A stretch of 64,000 nucleotides of DNA from a virus (lineage: Duplodnaviria > Caudoviricetes). Of the stretch, positions 19,190 through 29,000 are shown piece after piece. A program made the translations under genes and the position numbers. Under the pieces are notes generated by a model. That model had not been told where the DNA came from. It saw nothing but the letters and a program-made list of their open reading frames with translations, and did not search any database. Position 1 is the stretch's first letter. Every line of letters starts with the position of its first letter. The stretch covers positions 1-64,000 of the IMG/VR virus record IMGVR_UViG_3300033463_000042; one strand, written 5' to 3'.

Positions 19190-19726
19190 TTACACTGTTT
19201 CTAAGAAATTCTCTATCATTGCTAATGATAACTTGATTACGTACTCAGGATCTATATCAGGATATGTAGACATTGTATTATCTATGACATTTCTGGTTGA
19301 ATCTTTTCTTGCTATTTTAAGATTCTTCGATAAGAGTACTTCCATATTGATATTCTCTAATATGGTTTTTCTCATTGCTTCAGATTCCTCGGGTGTAGGT
19401 AATCGATAATCTGTTAATAAATGCTTTTTATTGATAACTTCATTGAGTTTCTTTTCTATGGCCTCGTTACCACTGGATAACGATCCTATGTTCTTATTAA
19501 TTATGGTCATAGCCTTCTTGTTCTCTGTGTCTAAATCTTTCATTTCCTTGAATGATTTTTCTTGATCAATTCTTAATTGATATAATGAGAATGCTAAAGA
19601 TGCCAATAGATCTGATATAATCTTTTTCATTTTAATTATCAGAATCAGACATACAGACATAAGTATCAAAATGAATGATGCTGCAACCACGAGGGTTATT
19701 AATAGACAAAAATTAATAGATTCCAT
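19190..19726 (-). CDS. Hypothetical membrane-anchored coiled-coil protein
   Basis: N-terminal ~28-residue hydrophobic helix followed by a coiled-coil-like region; AGGAGG RBS. Confidence 0.65.
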   Translation of the reverse strand: MESINFCLLITLVVAASFILILMSVCLILIIKMKKIISDLLASLAFSLYQLRIDQEKSFKEMKDLDTENKKAMTIINKNIGSLSSGNEAIEKKLNEVINKKHLLTDYRLPTPEESEAMRKTILENINMEVLLSKNLKIARKDSTRNVIDNTMSTYPDIDPEYVIKLSLAMIENFLETV

Positions 19727-19773
19727 AATAGGATCCTCCTTAAAAATTATTATAGAATGGAAGTGTAATTTAT

Positions 19774-21654
19774 ATGAACAGTATTGCTATGGATACTATT
19801 AAAGCATTAGTAGAGCATAAGAAGTATGATGCTATTACTGAATATGCAAATGTTCTACATGGCAAAGATAACTTGATCGTTTCTGAATACGGCGGTGCTA
19901 ATGTTCGTCTTTATAAAGATAATGATAAAGTTTGCATTTTGTGTCCTAAGAAGATCGATACAGTACAGGAAGGATACTTGGCTAATGCTATAGCTAACGG
20001 TACAGTATTCGATGATGCTGATGAGATCGATAGAAATGCTTCAGTTATCGAAAGAACAACTCTGCCTTATGATGCAATGGTTAATGGTGGTAAAGAACCT
20101 CCTACGAATCTGAAACCCATGATAGCTATTGTTGTAGGTAGAATGGGTGATGATGGATCATTCGGTGTAACTGATGCTGATAGAACCAATGGTATCAACT
20201 TTGTTAAGGATGCCACTGCAGCTAACGCTAATGGCGAAAAGGTAAATCGTGTGGTTGACAATTATCTTGAGAAGGATGATGGAGGATTCTATACTCCTGA
20301 GATCGGTAAGAACATCAGTGGTCTCAACAGAGAACTTGGTGATGTTAATTCAACTGATCCTGGTGATGTTGTAACAGATGATGATACAGTAGATTCATAT
20401 GATGGATATGATATGGATGCTATTGAGCGTGATCCTGATACTGCTGATGATAATGAACCTGTTGACAATGATGATGCAGGTGATTCATATGATGCTTCAT
20501 CTCCTGATGAGAATAATGATGACGATGATCAACTCGACGTTGATAATGGTGAGAAAGAAGCCAATAACGACGAAGAGGGTGAACCTGGCGAGGTTCCTGA
20601 TGGTGATGAACCTGAAGATGATGAAGACTATGAAGAGGGAGAAGATCTCGATTCTGATGAACCCATGGAAGTAGATGAGTGTGGTAACTGCATTCCTACA
20701 AACAAAGCAGTTGTCCAGGAAGAAGATAGTGAGTATGTAGAAGAATCTCTTAAGGTATCTAGAGAAGATATGAAGGGAGAGTTCATGAAGAAGTCTCCCG
20801 ATGGATCATACCATAGTGGTAGTAAGAAACCTAAGGAGAAGAAGCCCGCACTCAAGATCACTGGAGACAAGATTTCTGCTAAGTCAGAAGATCTCAAGAA
20901 TGCTATGACTGGTGACTTCATTAGATGTGTTGATAAAGATGGTAAGATCAAAATGATCAAGGTTACTGTAGGAAAATCTCTTATCGATAAGAATGATAAG
21001 GTTGTCATCAATATCACTGAAGATTCCGCACGTATCACTGTTGCTCCTGAAGATAATAAGAGTGAGGAAAAGAAAGCTCCTACCAAGAAGAAGGTTATCA
21101 AGAAAACACCTTTCGGTCCTATTGCAACATGGGTATATGAATATGCTAATGGTGAAGTATTTGACGAGGCTGTATTCGTTCAGGAAGAAGACGGTGAAGC
21201 TGCAGAGGCAGCTGAAGCTGAACAGATGGGTGAAGACGTTGGTGAGACTGAAACTGCAACTGAAGCATGTGAACCGCCTACAATGCCCAAGGGTAATGAT
21301 CTTCCTGTGAACACATCACCTATGACGCATCAGGAAGGTTTCCTGACAAAGAAGCCTAAGAAGCTTAAGCCCATTGGTCGAGATGTGGTAGCATACATAA
21401 CTTGCGAGATGAATGATATCCATTCTTCGAATGATCAGGCTATGTTGGCTGGATATACTTGCTCTAAGATAGAGCTCGTTGACTGGTATATCACCGTACT
21501 TGATACACAGGATCCTAAGTACATCGTACCACATTCACGTCAGTATCTTATTACAATGAAAGCACAGCTTGAGAGCTTGCTTACACAGATACTGAAGATA
21601 CGTCCTATCAATCGTTCAGAGCAGATATGGCGTGTAAACTATCCTACAGCATAA
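19774..21654 (+). CDS. Putative head/virion protein with long acidic region
   Basis: 626 aa; D/E-rich middle; repeated VQEG, VQEE and HQEG motifs. Confidence 0.6.
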   Translation: MNSIAMDTIKALVEHKKYDAITEYANVLHGKDNLIVSEYGGANVRLYKDNDKVCILCPKKIDTVQEGYLANAIANGTVFDDADEIDRNASVIERTTLPYDAMVNGGKEPPTNLKPMIAIVVGRMGDDGSFGVTDADRTNGINFVKDATAANANGEKVNRVVDNYLEKDDGGFYTPEIGKNISGLNRELGDVNSTDPGDVVTDDDTVDSYDGYDMDAIERDPDTADDNEPVDNDDAGDSYDASSPDENNDDDDQLDVDNGEKEANNDEEGEPGEVPDGDEPEDDEDYEEGEDLDSDEPMEVDECGNCIPTNKAVVQEEDSEYVEESLKVSREDMKGEFMKKSPDGSYHSGSKKPKEKKPALKITGDKISAKSEDLKNAMTGDFIRCVDKDGKIKMIKVTVGKSLIDKNDKVVINITEDSARITVAPEDNKSEEKKAPTKKKVIKKTPFGPIATWVYEYANGEVFDEAVFVQEEDGEAAEAAEAEQMGEDVGETETATEACEPPTMPKGNDLPVNTSPMTHQEGFLTKKPKKLKPIGRDVVAYITCEMNDIHSSNDQAMLAGYTCSKIELVDWYITVLDTQDPKYIVPHSRQYLITMKAQLESLLTQILKIRPINRSEQIWRVNYPTA

Positions 21655-21668
21655 GGAGGGAATAATAA

Positions 21669-22250
21669 ATGAGCATTGATGTAGATAAGCTTGCGATAGT
21701 AACAACCAATGACGATAACAAGAATCTGTTTGAGGATGTTGCTAAAGAATATAACAAAGCTAAGGATGTATTCCGCGTTCAGTATTCAATCCTTAACTAT
21801 AAAAAGATCATCGATGAAATGATCTCATACTTGGATGGTTATAAGAAATATGCTGCAGGTGATGACAACAAGAAATATGAAGGTAAGGTACTTTCTATAT
21901 CTAGAAACTTCTTCGAGAAGATGTTCTCATCTAAGGACTATCGTAAGAAGATAAACATATCTGCCTTTAGAGAAGAGAATCTTGATTACCTCAAGAAGAC
22001 AAAAGAACTCAAGAGTATTATCGAGTCAACCGTTAAAGAAGCTGAAGATAATGCTGAGCTGAATTCATTGATCAGAATGATTGATAATCAGTATAAGAAG
22101 CTTGCTAAGGTTCATAAGGATGACATGAAGATTTATCTTTGGATTGTCAATAAGGATTCTAAGTTCTTCTCATACAATCTTGACGACAAGACACGTAAAG
22201 CATTCTATGATAAGACAACCCCTGTGATGCATAAAGTCAAGGATAAGTAA
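21669..22250 (+). CDS. Hypothetical helical protein
   Basis: 193-aa ORF with AAGGAGG RBS. Confidence 0.75.
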   Translation: MSIDVDKLAIVTTNDDNKNLFEDVAKEYNKAKDVFRVQYSILNYKKIIDEMISYLDGYKKYAAGDDNKKYEGKVLSISRNFFEKMFSSKDYRKKINISAFREENLDYLKKTKELKSIIESTVKEAEDNAELNSLIRMIDNQYKKLAKVHKDDMKIYLWIVNKDSKFFSYNLDDKTRKAFYDKTTPVMHKVKDK

Positions 22251-22261
22251 GGAGTGATAAT

Positions 22262-23020
22262 ATGAATATATCGGATGTAGTAAACGATATTAAATTATCA
22301 CAAGGACTCCAAAACATAGCACTTCCATTTGACAAACCTGTTGAGAATGTTATTGCAGAAATACTGCGAATGACTGTACGTGAATATTCTGAATTCAAAC
22401 CATATGTTCAGGAATCATATGCAGTCAAAAAGAACCTAAGGTCTCCTAACGAGATTACTCGTAAAGAGAATATATACTTCTTGCCAGAGGAATGTACGAG
22501 GACTCCCGTTAAATCTGCGAAAGCGGAAATAACGGGATCAACTCCTCAAGATGATATGGTTACTACTAACACATTCACCGTTGGTACACCATTCGTAGGA
22601 TTTGGTTCTTACTATCCTCAGGATATTCTCAATGCACAGATGACTGGTGCTGCAATAAATAAGTATGCTGGTTTATCATCTCAAGCACCAAACTCAAAGT
22701 ATCTTGGATTTAATAAGATACAGCTGTTCAACTTCCCTGAGCAATGCTTCATCAAGTTTACAGTAGAAAGAGTTCATGATTATTCTTTGGAAACTATTCC
22801 TGATACATGTTATGAAACTTTCGTTGAGTTGGCTACATTGGATGTACAGCGTACATTATACAACAACATCAAGAACATGCAGAACGTTGGATCTGCATTC
22901 AAGGAAATTCAATTAAAGATCGATGACTGGTCCGGTGCAGAAAAGGAACAGAAAGCATGGATGGAAAAGTATCGTGGTACATTCCATCTTGACAAACCCG
23001 ATCTTATCACGTTCTTCTAA
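22262..23020 (+). CDS. Putative neck/head-completion protein
   Basis: 252 aa; position between head and tail genes and overall layout loosely like T4 gp13-type neck proteins. Function is a guess. Confidence 0.4.
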   Translation: MNISDVVNDIKLSQGLQNIALPFDKPVENVIAEILRMTVREYSEFKPYVQESYAVKKNLRSPNEITRKENIYFLPEECTRTPVKSAKAEITGSTPQDDMVTTNTFTVGTPFVGFGSYYPQDILNAQMTGAAINKYAGLSSQAPNSKYLGFNKIQLFNFPEQCFIKFTVERVHDYSLETIPDTCYETFVELATLDVQRTLYNNIKNMQNVGSAFKEIQLKIDDWSGAEKEQKAWMEKYRGTFHLDKPDLITFF

Positions 23021-23029
23021 CCCATGTGA

Positions 23030-23062
23030 ATTACGGGGTCGTACGACCCCGTAATCATTTTA
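23030..23062 (+). terminator. Intrinsic terminator (perfect 26-bp palindrome)
   Basis: ATTACGGGGTCGTACGACCCCGTAAT followed by CATTTT. Confidence 0.8.
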
Positions 23063-23089
23063 TCTATATAATAAGGAGGTGGGTAATGA

Positions 23090-26000
23090 ATGGCAAACTT
23101 AGTTACACAGAGTCTGAAGATACTTTCTAAAGCAACCGCTAGTGTTGGTAAAGAATATACATCTAATCTGACATCGTTCTTGAATGATGCTAAGGATGTA
23201 AAGAATACTATAATGAATGCTGGTACTGATGCAGCTGATACTTATGCAAAGCTTAAACGCACTAACATTACTAAGGCAATACATGACTGGTTCTATCAGG
23301 AAGAATCAGATTCTGAAATGGAATTAAATACTGGCAAAGATGAATTCGATGCAGGATTTTCTTCTGATGATGATGGTGCAAAGTTGGATGGTGATTCACC
23401 AAAGCCTACGGTGTTGACATCCGATGCGATGACCAACATATCTAACAAACAGACTAATGCTATCATCAAAGTTGGTAGACGTCAGACAGAGCAGTCTGTT
23501 GCTAACACTGCAGAAATCGTATCATCTTTGAATTCCAGATCTGCAGAAATGCTTACGGCTGTTAATAATATCAACAAAACCTTGTTGGGTATTAGTAGTC
23601 GTTTGGATAAAATAATCGAACTTCAAGCCGTTCCACTCACAAGTCAGCAGCAAGAGGTAGATAAGGGTGGCTTATACCAAGATGGCAAGTTATCATTGAT
23701 GAGAATCTTTGAACAGTCAAAGAATTCTCTGGCAACCTCGGGACCAATGTCTTATCTCCAATTGGGTCTTGATGCTCTTAGACAGGGTCAATTAGGACCA
23801 AGCGCTCTTGCAGCAATTGGTGTTAAAGCTGCTGCTCAAAAGATAACAATAAACGGCAAGTCATTTGATGATTGGGGTAATGCTTTCAATGAAATGATTG
23901 GTACAGCAACCCAAACAGCAATGAATGAAATGATAAACTCGAAAGCGTTTAAGAAACTCTTCCCGGGTTTAACTTCATTCGAGGGCGATAAGGATTATGG
24001 TACCATCGTACCCAATCATTACGACAATAAGAAATCTATATTCGATGGAATGACACGAATGTCAATCGTTAATGTTATTCCTGAGATGCTCGCAAAGATT
24101 AATCAGTCTATTTCTGGACAAGAATATCATCTTGATTCACGTGGTAAGTGGATTGCAGGACCAATGAAGAATGAGTTCAATGAAGTAACGCGTGCTTCAT
24201 TCCAATCTGGTGGTCTTTCTGCTAAAATGTCTTCTAGAATTTCCAATGCTGGTGTACAGAGTATTGGAAAGAAAATACCTTCTGAAGATATAAAGGATGC
24301 ATCTGAAGCTCTCACAATGGCGATGGTTATGAAACTCCATCATGATGGTGACAGAGCATTCTCTGCTTCTAGAATCAAGACAGAGTTAGCCGGACAAGTT
24401 GAAAATGCCGTAGCAGTATTGTCTCTCATAGGTAGAGGAGATGCTGATTACTGGTATAAAGTTTGTCAGGTTATCGTTATGCAATTATCTTCTGGCATGA
24501 TGGATTCTGCTGGTTTCGTTACTAACATAAATCAATCACTTCAGAAGATGATATCTGATGCCACTAACTTTGCTCAGTCGGGTAAAGCTAATGCATCACA
24601 AGCTACAAAGCTTACATTCAACATGGCAGCCAACCAATTCTTGGCAGCACATGGTGCACCTGCTCCAACCGGTGTTAATAATATAAATAACAATGGTACA
24701 CTGGCTTCTGCTAATGGTACGATTGTTAATCCTGGTGAAACATTGGGCAAGTTCTCTACTGGTCAATATGTATCAGGTATTTTCTATTTGCTCAACAGAG
24801 GTATCAATGTTCGTATTGATAAGGATGCCGAGAGATATGAATCTATATCACTTGCACAGGTAAGACCTGACGCTAAACCATATGTATCTGATGATACATT
24901 TGGAAAGATGCTCAAGAAGGGTCTGACTGGTAAGCCTGGTAAGCTTGACAATGTTGCACGTGATGCCGTTAAGAACCAGATGGGTGGTTCTGATAATACA
25001 CCATCTGGTTTTATAAGCAAATTCCTCAGTAGTCCTGCTATGGCATTATCAGCATTATCAAAGTTATTCAATAATGGACCGGGTGGTCTTCTTGAAAAGG
25101 CTAAGGATAAAGCTAAAGACTTCCTTGGTGAAGAAAGATATAACAAGGTTGCTGATAAACTCGGTGGTCTGAAAGATAGAGTTATTGGTGATGAAAGATT
25201 CCAAAATCTTAAAACTAATGCTCAAGAGAAGCTTGATGCTTTAAAGAATAAGGCATCAGAAGCAGGTAACAAAATTGGTCATACTCGTGTTGTCAATAAC
25301 ATGGCATATGCAGCTGATTCAGTCAAGCTTAGATCAGCTGAAGATACTGTTTCTCACTATAAGAGTGAGGATGAACACGATAACATTAGAGCTGCTGCTA
25401 TCAAGGGTCTTTGTGAAAAGGGTAAATTTGATTTAGCAGAAGAGTATCTTGATAAGATAAAGAACCCTACCATTAGACAAGCTTTCCAAGATATCGTAGA
25501 TATCAATAAGAAACGTAAACGAGGCGAAGAAGCTGCAGAGAACGGTGAAGAAGCAGATATTGGATCTGTTCTCATACAAAGAGTAAAACCTGAAGACGAT
25601 GATGGAACAGTTTCTGCCGGTGAATCTCAAAAGAGTATTCTTGGTAGAATGCTTGGTATGGTCGGCAAAATTGCCAAGGGCGTTGCTAAATTAGCTGCTC
25701 GTGGTGCTATTGATCTTACTGTAGGTCTTAAGCAGATGGCTCAAGGTCTGTTGTTAGGATATAACGAGACTGATGCTGATGGAAATACTCATAGAAACAA
25801 GGGTCTTATAAGAAACCTTACAACTGTTCCAATGGGTGCTATGGCTAAAGGAGCTAAGAAAGCTGCTGGAGCTATTGGCAATGTAGCTAAAAGTGCTGTT
25901 GGAGCTGTAAAAGATAAACTTTCTAGCGGCGGAGAAGAATCAATCCTTAATAAGATTGGTAAAAAGATTGACTCGGCCAAAGAGATACTTCATAAACAAT

Positions 26001-29000
26001 TGGAGAAACTCAGTGGTCTTAAGGATTTCGTAAAGGACAAGATTGGTGCTGCTTTAGATAAGATAAAGAACACTAGACTTGGACAAGCCGTTGGTAAGAT
26101 TGGTAGCAAAATAGGTGGTGCCTTAACCGGTAACAGATTCATGAAGGGCTTTACTTCAAGCATGAAGGAAGCTAAGGAAGTACGAGATAAACTTCTCAAC
26201 AAGAAGAAACGTGACGAAGCTATTGCTGAAAATCCGTTACAAGCTGAACAGTCAGAGATGATGGAAGGTAAGAAACCATCTATCTTTACTAAGATACATG
26301 AACTCTTGTTAGGTATCTCTGGATCAGTTACTCATCAGGAGCAACTTGCAGAGGATAGTGCTGAAAAAGAACAAGGTCAACCACAGGGAAATCCAGACGT
26401 TGGAGACGTTAATGAGAACGCTGGAGAAGGCGGCGGAAGACGCGGCTTATTCAGAAGACGTAATAGTGGTGGAGATTCTGGTGGTGACTCCGGTGGTGGA
26501 GACTCTGGCGGAGGCGGAGGTGCTCTTGGTGGTATAAAGAGCCTTATCGGCGACGTCATGGGCAACTTCGGTAAGATGATGGGTGGTATGGTTAATGCTC
26601 TTATGGGTATAGGAGAATTAGTCATATCCATCGTTACATCATTGGAAGCATTCGGCGCACTCCAAGACATGGTTAAGTCTATCTTGACAGACGGACTCCA
26701 ACCACTTAATGAAGCTTTCGAAGCTATCATGGAAGCTATCAAGCCTCTGGTAGAGACACTCAAGGGTGCTGTAACAATGATAGCCAAGGTTGTTGTTAGC
26801 ATCGCTAAATCATTGATCGATGTTGTTCAGCCTATCATAGAAGCTATCATGCCAATCATTCAGACAGTTATAGATCTCTTATCTCCTATCTTGAAGATAA
26901 TAGAGGTACTCATGAATGTTATCATGATTCCTATTAAGATTGCCCTTGATATCATTTCACCTGTAATCGAAGGAATTGGATATACGTTACAAGTAGTATC
27001 AGGTGTTCTTCAGATTGGTCTCGGTGCTGTTTTAGGACTCCTCGGTGGCGTTGTATCAGGTCTCGGTCTCATACTCTCCGCTATTGGTTCTATACCACTT
27101 ATTCCTGGCAATGGTATCAAGAAGAGTGGTGAATCGCTCAAGGCAACAGGTAAGGACATGCTCGAAATGAGTAAGACTATGATGTCTGCTGGTGCTGAAC
27201 AAATCAAACAAGGTATTCAGGGTGGTATCTCACTCATTCAACGTCTTATTCCTGGCGGAGAAGATGGTACGAAGGAAGAACCAGAGGAACAGACATACGA
27301 AGATAAGCGTAAAGCACAATTGTCTGACACTGACTTCGGTTCTGGTGATGTTACTACTATCAACAATACTTATTCATATACATACGGATCCGGTAATACA
27401 ACAATGAATCAGCATAGTTATGGCAGCTATATGAACATGTCTGATCGTGGATGTGGTCCTGTAGCTCTTGCTGATGCATATGGTCGTCGTACCGGAATGA
27501 ACGTAAATCCTGCAAGATTGGCCGCATCTATGAATGGTGCTGGTCAGTATGATACTCGTAGAGGTACATCAGTTGCTTCAATGGTTAGCACTGGTAATGC
27601 TATGGGTATGGGAATGCGTATCGGTGGTGTAACAGCTGCATCAATCAGTCAGGCATCGCCAACAAATCCAGTTACTGTACTTGGATCCGGTCAAGGATTC
27701 GGTACTCGTTCTGGTAATAATCACTACGTCAATGTCGTTGGTACTGACAATCATGGTACAGCATTTGTATCTAACCCAATGACTGGTAGAGTTGAGAGAC
27801 AATCAGTATCTAACGTTGTACTCAATTCGAAACTTGGTCTGTATGGTTCTGGCGATGAGGATCTTTCAGAATACGGATTCTCTGATGATGCTATGTCTTC
27901 ACTCTCAAGACTTAAAGATATTACTTCTAAACTCACATCGATGTTTACCGGTGAATCTGATGCCGAGAAGAAGATTAATGATGCAAATGCAGAACAGAAG
28001 GCCAAAGAAATTAAACGTACTCTTGGTGATGACTACGATGCAGTCGAGCAAGAAGTCATTGCTAAACTTAGAGAGAAATATCCTGATTATACAGATGAAC
28101 AGATTCAGAATAAACTCAACAGTCGTGAAGGATGGAATCTCATTCGTGAATTAGGTGGACAGAAAGCAGCCGATCTTTATACAGATGCACAGAACCTGAT
28201 CAAGAAGGGTGGAGAAGAAGTAGGTGAAAACCTTACTAACATCACATCTAAACTCGATGCAATATCTATATCAACTGATGATGTTGAAGGTTCATCTGTA
28301 TCTGGTGCTACGATGGCTTCATTCGAACCTATTCTTCACAAGGTTGCTGACTTCCCACAAGACGGCAGTGGTCAATACGATCAATCGCCTGTCCATGACT
28401 TCTTCAACGCTACAAAGATTGAAGGTAAGGACAACTGGAGACTTGGTGGCGGTAAGGGTACAGTTTATTCATCATCACGTGGCGGTTGGTATAAGAAATA
28501 CAAAGACCCACATACAACTGAAGGTGAAGGTACTAGTGGTGACGAGCACGAGGGTGTACTTCTCCGCTATACCGGTGATGGTACTGCTCTGGCTAAGGCT
28601 ATCACTGGCGGTACTGTTACATACGTAACCAAGGGTGAAGAAGGTGAAACCACCGGTCTCGGTAATGCTGTTAAATGGCGTGACTCTGGTGGTATGTATC
28701 ACTGGTACTTACATATGAATTCTCTCGACAAGGACATCCAAGAAGGATCAAACCTCGAACCAGGTCAACTCATAGGTTACTTTGGTAATTCGGGAATGGA
28801 TTCTGATGGTAAATATCTGAGATATATCGTAACATCTGCTGGTCCTCAGGGTAACACAGGTGACCCAGGTCATATGAACCCATTCACATTCTGGCAGTTC
28901 AGAGAAGAAGCAGACTTGTCAACAGGTGACACTGAGGAAAAGACATATAAATACCTTGTTAGCAAGGGCATGTCACCAATAGGTGCCGCAGGTATGATGG

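Noticed and set aside
26460-26530. GGTGGAGATTCT-like repeats in the tape measure gene
   Set aside because: Simply encodes a Gly/Ser/Asp linker (SGGDSGGDSGGGDSGGGGG).
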